The notes under the pieces were generated by a model. It was given only the letters and a program-made list of their open reading frames with translations. It ran no database searches and was not told the origin of the DNA. A program made the translations under genes and the position numbers. Below are positions 10,848 to 22,380 of a stretch of DNA of 64,000 nucleotides, piece by piece. The number at the start of each line of letters is the position of its first letter. Within the stretch, counting starts at the first letter, position 1. Origin of the DNA: Lingula anatina (taxonomy: Eukaryota > Animalia > Brachiopoda); NCBI GenBank assembly GCA_051362555.1, contig CM120646.1, positions 1,488,001 to 1,552,000 of the forward strand. The letters are read 5' to 3'.

Positions 10848-13800
10848 TCAGTATACGTATCCTACGTTGACATTCCCGCTCTATAAAGAATAAAAAGAAA
10901 TTGGTAGTAGTTTGAATGGAATAATACAGTGCACCAACATATTCAAGAAACAGACATGGTATTAGGCACAAATGCACGGACGGCAAAACTTGATTTACAT
11001 TTATGGAACGTGCCTTTTAGAAAAAAAAGTGTCACGACAAATTGCTCTTACATTGAACTATGAGATCCTTTATCTTTATAAATAAATTTTATATTTATTA
11101 TCATCATTATTATATTAAAACAGTTCAATGTACTGGATAATTCTGACGTCATACAAAATCCCAAGTCACTCGACCCTGACGTCATATCCTAATGTACTGT
11201 GATTGGGCATAAGGATAAAATCAACAAGACCATGTTTCCCCTTAGAAATATTACGTTATCCTCACACGCTAGAGATATTGCTACTGCTATGGTAACGCAA
11301 GAAAAGAATATCACTTACAGGCGTTTCTTTCCCGTTGCGCGTTGTCAAGCCCATCTCCTCGTGATAAGGATCCGTCACGAAATTTGGATCGTACGTCACT
11401 AGGCGACGATGCTTCACGAGAGAAGGACCCCAATCCCGCTGAGGACGAATGAAAGTTTTGTCCTGCAAAATTAGAAAAACAGGTTGATTGAGGGAGGAGA
11501 CGAAGGGAAGACCGGAAAATTGAGAAAAAAGTTCGCGTAAGATAACATTCTGAGATGGTACCACTTAAAGATTATCATCAGTGCTGGTTTAACATTACCT
11601 TTTACTCAGAAAATGATACGCTAGCCAATGGCAATGATCTTAATAGAAGTAATCCATTCTTTAAAAAAAATAGAATAAAACAAATGCTTACTTTTGGTCT
11701 CACAATAAGACAATAGATTCCATATAAAACTGGATATATGATTATTGGCCCGACAATTGCAAACCGGACCAGCCACTGTAAAACTTCACCGAAGTAACTA
11801 GGGTTTGGTTTGTACAATATCCACGACACCACGGTCACCACCTAAAGAAGACAATAACAAATGATCATGACAATTAAGAAACGATCAGTGGGATTGACAC
11901 TAGGGGCTGCGACATATCCTTTTAAATATGCCTCAGGAAAAAAGGCTGGAGAGAGGGAGAATTAGAGTGACATCACTTATTTCTTTGGGAAAGCACTTCA
12001 TATTTCTAGGAAACCACGCTATTTTGTAAAATTTTATGAATTTTCTTCACTCACAACTAAAAAATCATTAGCAAAGTACCACGTGTTTTGCGTTGGTTCA
12101 TAATGTATTCATTTACAGTGAATTTAATCGTGTCCATGGAAAATCTGATCATGGACCTTTCGCAAACAGTCCTCCGTGATCATTTTGTCTGCGCGTCTCA
12201 AAAGAGATGTCATTTTTCTTTGGGGGGGGGGAGTAATCCGTTTAACAAACATATTGATTTCTGATTGACGCTTACTCCAAGAAGAACAGGTGCTATGAGA
12301 ATCCAGCAAAGTGTCCACCAGGGGGCAGTTATCTTCAAGAGAAGACTATCTCCCAGCATAACTTTCATGTCCTCGATCGCGCGCAAAACTGGAAATGGGA
12401 GATTTCAGAATGGTCATATATTTATTCAAGCTGTATTTAAACAAATAGCATATTATTTATACAAATAGCATATTATATATAAATAATGTATATAATAATA
12501 ATAAATGCATTTATTTATGCCTAATATGTATATTCGCACAAGCACTCGGAAGCGTGCACGGGGTTCTGCAAGTAAAAAAAAACATTATTGAACATGTTCA
12601 CATGCCTATCAATATATAGGCATGTGCAAACACACACACACACGCACACACACACACACTGTTTCGGTACTTACATATGACTTTGTACCTCGGGTAGGCC
12701 CCGTATACCCATGCCACTGCTATCAACTCGGTCAGTCCAAGAATGACCATTGGCCATCCATTGATGGCGCTGTCCACATAGTCCAGCAAATACAGCCCAC
12801 CCTGAAGATGAAAGTTCATCATATGATGGATGGTCTACACGTATATAAAAAGGACTTTGATCTTGAATATTATAGGCGCATTTTCATTGAAACTATAATT
12901 TTAAGTAATAAAAGCTAGTTACTGCGTATGACGTATATATTTTGTCTGTGACGTGTCTTCATGAAGGTCATTGCAGTTTATAATTCAATTTGTTGAGGGT
13001 TTCACCTTTAACACCTTCTGATATAAGGAACGGTAGATAGAATATCAATAATGAATTTTATCAGGAACCTTGACATTTTAATGACCTTGACCTCTCTCAC
13101 CTTGGTACACATAGGAAGACCAAGTCCAAAGAGAACAACGCAAACGGCCAGATGAACCCAGACCTTGTGTTTACGTATTTTGGGATATGCATCTAACAAA
13201 CCAGTGAAAATTGTTTCTAACAGGGTGAACTGAAACGGAATGGTGTAAAATTAAGACCAAATATATTTTTATACACATTCAAGACATGTGTGATGCTGAC
13301 GTCGTCCAGTGAACTTAATTTTGAGAACATGTCTATTACAGTTGACTATAATTTTCAATATGATTTAGTAAAAGATGATGATGAATTTGACTTTTATAAT
13401 TTGGACGTTTGTAATGATAGACAGAACGTTTAACTAAATGCTAACTATACTTTACGGCCATTCAAAGCTACCTGACTGTCCAAGCCAAGTGTAATGAGCA
13501 TGAAGAACAACAGAATGGACCACAGGGGCGAAACAGGAATGGTAGCCACTGCTGACGGCCAAATCACGAACGCCAAACTCGGTCCTCCTTTTGCAACTTC
13601 ATCGATGTCTACTCCTTGCAGCTCTGCCATGTAGCCCACGTAAGAAAACACCACGAAACCAGCAAAGAAGCTGGTCAGACAGTTGCCAAGGGATACGATG
13701 ATGGCGTCCCTAAAAACAGTCGTTACTTAGTGATGAAAGGAGGTATTAAAATCAACAGAAAAATATTAAGAAGCAATGACACATTTATCAACCAACAAAT

Positions 13801-15680
13801 ATTGAGAAAACAGAAAAAAAATTTAAGTTCGTTTAACTTTGACGCTAAACCAAATAACCCAAGTTGTACGTTAAATTCGTTAACTTGACCTGTAGGGTCT
13901 ACTTTCATTTACTGCTTAACGATCAATTTGTTAATAAAAATTATTTACGAAGTTAAATGCGCACTGTGGAATCTACTAACCTCAGACAGTTATTATGGAA
14001 CTTATTATAACTAGAGAGTGCGTGAAGTCCACCGAAAGATGCTGACAGGGAGAAAAATATCTGTGTAATGGCATCTAGCCATACCTAAAACGAAAGACGT
14101 AGCCAACTGTAGACGTCAGTTTAAAATGATATATCAAAATAATTACCGTTTAATTTGTACTGGGGTATCGTTTTAATTTTTATTATCGTAAAGGTAAATA
14201 GGTATATAAAATAAAACATGACACTTAAAGTTGTTTTTTAAGAGAGCACAGAGTGTTCATTTCACCAGTATAAAGGATAAAACCTTCAGTCTAAGTTTTG
14301 ATAGACTTTGTTTAGTGCTTAATTTCCTAAATTCACAAGGAAAAATAAATAAATATATAAATAAATAAAAATAATATGTTCGTACTTACTTCAGGAGTCC
14401 TGAGTTTACTAAGATCTGCTTTAGCGATATACCACTCTACGCCGTTAAGTGAACCCGATAACAAGGCGCCGCGAATCAAAAGAATGATCAGCACGACGTA
14501 TGGGAATATGGCAGTGAAGTAAACAACCTGGACAAGAAAAAATGATCATAGTTTTAATTATCGTAATTAAATAACGACGCAGTGTTGACACGTCACATTA
14601 ATATCTTTATCTAACGTTTTCATTTTCTGTTGTCTTTTAAACTACGAACTAAAATCGTGCTTGCATTGGCAGAACATTTTAGTATGAAAATTAATCAAAA
14701 AAAAAAAAAAAAAACGAAACAAAAAAGAAAAAAAAGAAAAAATTTTACAAAAATTGAAAATTATTCAAAAATTAAATAATAAACAACTTATGATAATTCT
14801 TCCGCAGAATGAATATTCAGTTACCTTTCCTGATGATTTCACACTTCTAAACAAACAGAAGAAGTCGATAATCCAGGCAAGAAGGAGACACAGACTGAGC
14901 TGCCAGCTGATACCGGTCAGGTCGCTGAATGTATCCAAGCCCGACCCCACCTGAAGCACCGTGTTACTGAATAATAAACAAAGGAAAAACAAAAAATTAA
15001 CAAATCCTTCGAGCTTAAAATCTATTCTTAGCAATGCAGTATGAAAGATGTCATGATTTAAGAAAGGAAAAAAAGCGAAACAAAAAAAAAAAGATTAACA
15101 TACATTTTCATATCATATATAAGTTTTGTTAAAAGGAAATTATGAAGATGCCAAAGTTTTCAGAAAATGAAATTTCCTAATCTTTGTAATTGTAAGTAAT
15201 AAATAAATACATGAATTAATAAATCATCATACTGAACGACCCTCAAATAGATTTTATTTAAATCTTACAAGAAATACTCCTCCGCGGCTGAAGATCGTGT
15301 AATATTGTACTGTTTCAGCAAGGTGTCGTTATAGACCCCCAGCAGAGTACCGTTGGCGTTGTAACACGTGCCATTGGGGTAAGCTACTTCCTGGAGAGTT
15401 GCGTTACAGCCTGAGATGTCTGGAAGCTTGGTGATACACGCTGGAATAGGAGAACACTTATGTTTGGAATTCTTAGGTCTTAGGTATAATTATAGAGGCA
15501 ATTATTCCATAATTGTTTTATTTTATATTAATTAATCATTAAAGCACAACAGATTTTGTTAAGCATAGTAAGGAGAGAATAATCAACAAAATATACGTCT
15601 TCTCTATTGTCGAAAGCAGCTTGAATTTGAACTATTGGCAGATGATCAAAACTAGCAGACGGCAAATGACTACCAGACTA

Positions 15681-15719
<39 letters not shown>

Positions 15720-17878
15720 ATAGCAGTTACAATCTGTAAGGAGATATATTAAAATCTAACAGATGACAAATGTTGGCAATTACTTACTGTCAGACGACCA
15801 GTCTCCGCAGTCCTGCCAAGGTAGTTTACTGGTGAAGGAAGCAAATAGGTAATACAGCGCCCAGGCCATCACGATGTTGTAGTAGATACCAACCAAAGAA
15901 GAAGCTACCATCATGCCGATCCCTACGCCTGAAATTGATATCTATCAATTTATTATATCTGATTTACTCCAATTTTAAATCAAATCACTGGATTTCAAAT
16001 TATTTGATAAAATGAATGTGATGAGAGTTTACAAAAATAATCAAGTTGATTTTGTTGCAGAAATTCTTTGGTCGGTGCAATAGCTTACATACACAACCGT
16101 CCAACTTTGCTGGTGTGATGGCATCAATGATGAATACTTAATAGCAACATTTTACCTAAATTCATATCATGCACACAGTAAGGTCTCACTATCGCGAAAG
16201 CTTTGTGACGTCATAACATATGTGACGTCACAAAGACCACTTACCAGTAAACATGGGTGAGAATCTCCAGACTGTTAGCGGTCCACTGCTGGAGAACTGC
16301 CCAAGGTATAATTCCAGCACAAATATCGGCATCCCGATTAATAACAGGCAAATAGCGTATGGAATCAGAAACACAGCTACAGAAAATAAAATGGTAATAT
16401 TATTAATTTATAAAATTATAATTATGAAATAATGTATACAATGAAGCAAAGCAAACGATTCACGAATGCAGGATCCTTCCCAAAGGAGCATAATTTTGTC
16501 ATATTCACTGTATAAACAGTGGAATGGAAAAATGTTGGACGAGACAGTTTAATATTTTTAAAACTGACATCAGCATTTTGACACGTTTTAACTTAAAAGT
16601 ACATAGCCACCAGAAATCAAATATACCACCTTTTGACAGACCTCGCCGTCCGTCAACAACCTTGACACGATTTTGAACCGCGTGCAACCCGGAGTCAGTG
16701 CGAGAACTGGGATCGACGGGATGGCGGATTTGAAAAATTATCGTTTATGAGTGGGAAAAAAGGCGTTTTAATTCCCACAATTTGTTGAGGCGCGTGACAA
16801 GAAAGGAAGAACAAAGGTCGGATAGAAATGTCGTTTACCCCAGGAAATGTCGTTCAGTACCAGAGATTTTCGCGAGGGCATTTTTTACTGTGCATCTTTA
16901 AGCTACCTACTTTGACTAGGGGATAAAGGATTATAATACCATTGATTGGTGTCACTACTTACCGCCTCCATTCTTAAAGCACAAGAAAGGGAACCGCCAC
17001 AAGTTGCCAAGGCCGACAGCGTAGCCAAGACAAGACAAAATGAAGTCGAACTGATTGGACCAATTCCCACGCTTTTTGTTTTCGTCGCCATCTGTGCTCT
17101 CTGCAATAAAATCGAATGTTGACTTAGTTTCTTGAAGTAATACACAATGTATTATGTATGTATGAATGTATGTATCACGCATGCTTTAACTTATGCAACC
17201 ATGCCATTTTGTTTCAACAGTTGCATTTCTCCCTCAGATAGTTTGCTGAATAACTTTCTGTGAAAACAAGACCAATCGAAATGAAATGCCCAGAATTTGA
17301 ATAACCGTTGCCCCACTGACACTCAAACTAACTTAGTTTGACATCATTTTCATAGTCAATCTCTTTGATAGACTGTACATAATCTGAAATATTTAACCTT
17401 TCGTCCTCACCAGGGCTCGGTAACATTATAAGATGAGGTGAATCTGAGTATAAATATTTGTTCGTGTTATAAAAGATAATTTGTGTTGAAGAGAAAATAG
17501 TTTTTACCTGTATCGACATCCCAACGATTGGATGACTGAAAGAAAATAAAAAAAAAATCATCTGATTCTCTATACCTGTGCTTCACGTTCAACAATGTGC
17601 AATTAATTACACTTTTAACAGAAGTATTTATGTAGAGAAGGACTGTATTTCAACTATAATTGGTATTGACAATTTCCGGTAAGTTCTGAAAACACTGAAA
17701 AATATTAAATACGGTGTTTAAATTGAATAAGTCGAATGTACTTAACTTTTCTAAAACAATGAGATTGACAAATTGGTGACCCATTTAAAAAGGAGCGTGT
17801 TTTTAATATTGAAAAGGAATTCAGAGTATAATTTCTTCACAAAAAGTAATAAAAAAAACATACATTTGGTTCAATCAT
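10848..17878 (-). CDS. SLC6 Na+/Cl- dependent amino-acid transporter (GlyT/PROT/ATB0+-like), paralog A; 647 aa
   Basis: 16 coding exons (5'->3'): 17878-17864 (MIEPN), 17535-17508, 17100-16963 ([37 protein letters not shown]), 16376-16245, 15928-15788, 15440-15269, 14966-14825, 14527-14390, 14084-13981 ([12 protein letters not shown]), 13709-13472 (...LGLDSQ), 13229-13101, 12801-12675, 12388-12276, 11841-11692, 11462-11319, 10880-10848 (TGA). All introns GT-AG with consistent phases; exon sizes equal copy B except the last. TM1 GYAVGLGN (Gly, not Asp) indicates an amino-acid rather than monoamine substrate class. Confidence 0.93.
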
Positions 17879-18818
17879 GACGGGGTCCGTGTAAACTTTT
17901 GGAGTGTCGCCAAGTGGCTTAAAACTCAGAGCTAAAATCTGTAAAGAAAAAAGTTAAGAAGAATGAATTATTCATGTATTTATCCAGCAGTAGCCGCCTG
18001 CCACAAGTAATCTAAGAATAACAAAACAAAAATATTGGTCAAGATGCAAACCAATCACTTATCCATTATTTGTGGGCAAGTTGATTGAAATTGCACCTGT
18101 GTACCCCTATATCATTTGTCAAAAGAGAAAAATCACTCGCGTTCGTCTTTGCAGGTAAATAGGCCAAATGCATGGTACCACGAAAAAAGGGTACAGGTAA
18201 AAAAAAAGAAGACAGAAGTCAAATGTAATTACGTGCACACAAATAATCTTCACATTGTCTCTCTTCTGAAAGATGCAGCGCACTTTTTTGGAAAGAAGCA
18301 GCATTTTAATAAAATTTACAAAGAAATGCATCAATGAGCAACGTATGTTTGTGTGTGTGCGTATGTGCGTGCAGCAGTGCGTTTGTATGTTCATAGAAAC
18401 CCTGAGGTGTAAATGACAAATTCCCACCACGCATGATTAACAACTATCTGACAAAGTTGAGGAGTCATCAGACATACTGACCTAATTGTACACATATACA
18501 ATCAAACTGCGGTAACCTGCTATTGCCATTTACACGTATAAACATACAGGTAAAATATGTTGTTGCTGTTGTTGTTGTTATGTGTCACACTAGACGCTGG
18601 CCATAAACAAGGCGTAGAGAATTTAAACCGGACAAAACTCAACAAGGACATGTACTTAAAAAGGCTCGTACATATACAAACATATACATACTGCAAATGA
18701 CGAACACACCCATAAACTTCATCGAGATTGATAATGCCCTATTTACACGAGGTATTATCACTAGCACGCAGGCAGAAGCAGACCCCCCACCCTCTCTCTC
18801 TCTTTATCTCTCTCTCTT

Positions 18819-18861
<43 letters not shown>

Positions 18862-19406
18862 GTTTGGTGCATAGAGAAGCCCTACACAGCTTAAGGCAAC
18901 AAAGTTAAGTAAGAAATGAGTGAAATCAGTTCAGATATTTCGAGAACATGATTTTAAGCCATAAAATATATACATGTACAGGTAGACACTCCATTTTAGA
19001 AAATACGCATTTCATCACTACCTTATTTGAAAAATGCCTGATGATTTGATGCTTTTGGTGAATTTAATCAACTGAAAAAATATTATTCATTCAACGAGGA
19101 AGTTACGCAGTATGGGGCCTTCTTCCAACCATAAGAGTATGTAATCTAAAAAAAGCCATTCGCTGTACATAAAAGATCAACAATTCACATTGTAGAACTC
19201 ACCTTGATGGGAGCTCCGAGTCTCTATTATTGAGAACAAACAATGTGAAAAGCATAGCATCAAAATGTCGCTTGAGTAATATAGCTTTTTTACCACAAAA
19301 AAAAAAGAAAAAAAAAACGTGTATATATTTCCATCTTTTAGCATCGTTTGTCTTCAATTAATTTGCAGTCATGTTTCTTTTTTTCATGTATGGCACTTTT
19401 ATCTAA

Positions 19407-19657
19407 TGGCCCTTTTCCAATGAAACAATGAGTCCACGTATATCGTTCCAACTTCGCATGGAATCTCGCTGAATGCAATCAGATTAACAGGCTTTAATAC
19501 CCCTCCCATTGTTTCCAACCTACTCGTACACACACTAGTTTATCTGTATCCCACTTAACGCTAGGAGGAGGCGTGTTCATCTCGTAAATTGACTGCAAGA
19601 GTCTCCGCGGAGTTGGATCGATCTACGTAGAGCGTTAGCTTCATTGGGAATTAGCCC
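19407..19657. mobile_element. Hairpin MITE, subfamily 3 (Harbinger/Tourist-like)
   Basis: Foldback structure with termini ...ccaatgaa / ttcattgggaattagccc; homologous to 25239-25494, 20845-21052 and 32480-32662. Confidence 0.7.
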
Positions 19658-19756
19658 ATAGTCTAGACAACTGATCTTCAAAGCGTTTTCAAATCACCGG
19701 TGACCAGCTGAGAGTTACGACGCATCCCCGTCGCAAATGCTACCTGTCTCACATAT

Positions 19757-20012
19757 ACTGGGTTCCCATACCTAGCTCGATCTAACAGGATCGATCTTTC
19801 TCCAACAGGCTTCTCGCTAAATTGCTTTCAGCTTAAGCGGCTTAGATGTCTGGCACGCCTACTGAAGCTGCTAAATGATAGTTAATAACTCCCTAGCAGC
19901 TTCAGTAGGCGTGACAGACATCCAAGTCGCTTAAGTTGATTGCAGTTTAACGAGAATCCCCTAGAAGATAGATCGATCCACAGTTAGTACGATAGGGTCT
20001 GTAAATGGTCCC
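19757..20012. mobile_element. Hairpin MITE, subfamily 1 (Harbinger/Tourist-like)
   Basis: Almost fully palindromic (...gcctactgaagctgcta-loop-tagcagcttcagtaggc...); close match to 32829-33071. Confidence 0.8.
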
Positions 20013-20640
20013 CCTATATTCATCAAGGCGTTTCACTCAGGCAACCAGTAGACATTTTACATTATAAAATATATAGCTACAATTTGTCCTAGAATGCGAG
20101 TCAAAGGCTATATGATTTTTAGACTTACGTTTTTCTCCGACATGATCAGCTTCGGTCTCGACGGACTTATTAATGCTTTAACAAAATCTAACTTGTTTAC
20201 ACCGCCGCCCGTGCTGTACGCACTAAGTCTTGATCTACACACCGTTCTTTATTTGGGTGAATGAGCAATATGAATGTTAGCCGAGCACAGGTATGGGTCC
20301 GCTTTTACAGTGAATAAAAGTCGATGAAATTAGACCCTATTTTATATTGTTCACGGCATATCCAATCCCAGTATGACAACTGCAATAAATGCTCGCTGGA
20401 CATTTAAACCACTACAAACAAATTTTTCTTTATTTCTAATTTTTTTTCTCCAAAGAATCAATTTAAAACGGTCTAAAATGCAATCAGCCTAGCTACCCGT
20501 TCTTGAGTTCTTGATATGTATTTCCCCGTCACAGTAAGAAGTAGCTACCCCGAGGTTCAGAGGGCTCGGGAGTCTCGACTGTCTACTCTCAGTACACCTC
20601 TCAACCTATAGTACTGGGAAACGACACAGGGAGAGTCTTA

Positions 20641-20841
20641 GGGTGCATTCCCAGAGATTTAGATCGACCTAACTCCCTGGGAGTTCACGCCAAATTGCAG
20701 TCAGCCGAGCGCGCACCATAGTTAATTACCCCCTTACAGCTTTTAGTAGGCGGGACACGCTTTAAAAGCCGGCTAAGCTGACAGTAATCTAGTGAGACTC
20801 CCACAGGGATACATCGATCTAAAATATATGGGAATGGGGTC
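20641..20841. mobile_element. Hairpin MITE, subfamily 2, TTA target-site duplication
   Basis: TTA|GGGTGCATTCCCA...TGGGAATGGGGTC|TTA; reverse-complement homolog of 34447-34656 and 62797-63021. Confidence 0.85.
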
Positions 20842-20844
20842 TTA

Positions 20845-21052
20845 GGGTTCATTCATTATGTATCTATCGTACTAATTACTGCACACTTATTCCACGGAAA
20901 CTCCTGGTGAATGCAATCAGATTAATAGCCTAACATGCCACCTTTTGTTTCCCATGTTCTCGTACATGTATTTCTATATCCTACACAACACCAGATGGAG
21001 GCGTGTTAGTCTGTTAATCTGATTGCATTCAGCGAAATTGTCCTCGGAGTTT
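20845..21052. mobile_element. Decayed hairpin MITE, subfamily 3, abutting the previous element
   Basis: Begins GGGTTCATTC immediately after the shared TTA; contains tgaatgcaatcagattaa...ttaatctgattgcattca arms. Confidence 0.65.
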
Positions 21053-21294
21053 TTGTGCTGTAGCTGGTAAAAATTCTTTGTGGACGCACACTAAGAAACC
21101 TTTTTTTTTCCTACCGTCGGGTAATGCTTGGTAATTTGAATTTAATAAAAAAAAAAGGTTGAACTGTTATCCGATTTTTATAACTTTATTTTAAGCGGGG
21201 TTAGCATGTAATACATGTATATGCTTATCTTCCAAATGGCCCTCTGCGAATATCCCCAGTTTTTACTTTTTCTGGTCTTCCTTTTTTCCTATTT

Positions 21295-21428
21295 ATATGT
21301 CTATATACTGAGCACTTAGCGAGGAGAAAACAGGTGCCATTTTTATCATGGTCTTTGGTGTGACCCGGACGGGGATTGAATCCTTCACCGGAGGCGAACA
21401 GTCTATCATTTGAGCCATCCGGTCCAGT
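21295..21428 (-). mobile_element. tRNA-derived SINE with Meta-like central domain (3'-truncated)
   Basis: Minus strand: A box TGGCTCAAATGA, B box GGATTCAATCC, then gggtcacaccaaagac...aaaaatggcacctgt...ctcctcgct...gctcagta, resembling the MetaSINE core as recalled from memory. Confidence 0.7.
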
Positions 21429-22270
21429 GTCTTTTAAACTTTTGAAAAAATCTAACTTTGAGATGCCCTACCGTGTAATATGCTATAGGAGCATTATCTT
21501 AACACTAGTTTTCATAAGTTGTCCTCTAAGGAGGGTCTCTTAGCCAATAGCCAGTCTAAGAGTTGCAATTTGAATTATTATAGTGCACCGGTACAAGTCC
21601 ATCGCTAAATTATACCGCTCTATGAAAAAAATATCGTGCAAATATTTTCCCAATTCAGACGTTAAAAACGATGGAACAAAAATGTCTCATGCCGATATGT
21701 CCGACGAGATTTATATAACGACATGGCGGTTTAAGTGACTGGTCGGTCATTTAGAAGTATATTTTAATTGAAATCTTTTTTAATAATGTATCACAGTCAT
21801 TCAAAATTTCACTACACATTTTTCAGCTCTCACTGACTGCAGTACTTCACAGCTATGTATGCCAATGCTGATTTCAAGACACTTAATTGTAATGACACCT
21901 TCCTTTGAAACATAATGTCAACAATATCAACACGTAACAGAACATCTCATATGTGTAAACAAAACTGCTTGTACGTTGTAACTATCTACTATGAAACCAT
22001 GGTGCGCTGCCTAAATTCCCTCCTTTAATAGGAAGATGTCGGACAGATGACAATTTTGATATGATAATATCCGTGCTTTGACACACCACGCTAATGTGGG
22101 GGAGGAATTTTAACGAGACAATGAGTGTCACCTGTGTCTTGAGCACGGGAGAAAATGAAGATAAACCGGGAGTCCGGTTGCACAAATAACTCAAGATCGA
22201 ATATTTTGACCCACCTAAGTTAAGAATAAATCTGCCGTTGATTCTCAAATAAACTAAGTGTACATGTTCG

Positions 22271-22380
22271 CAGGGGTGGATCCAGAGATATTTTTTCGAC
22301 ATCTTCCAAATTATATTTGTTGGCCCATCCTCCACTGCGAACCCCCCCCCCCCCCCCCCCCCCGGACCTGCACGACGTCA
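22271..22380. mobile_element. Small CAGGGG(T/C)GGATCCAG-type MITE relic
   Basis: Same start motif plus a poly-G/C tract at 48219-48270. Confidence 0.45.

Noticed and set aside
19407-20012. Long hairpins as pre-miRNAs or terminators
   Set aside because: Multi-copy with TIRs and TSDs; better explained as MITEs.
21361-21428. tRNA gene
   Set aside because: A/B boxes are present but there is no complete cloverleaf, and it runs into a SINE core.
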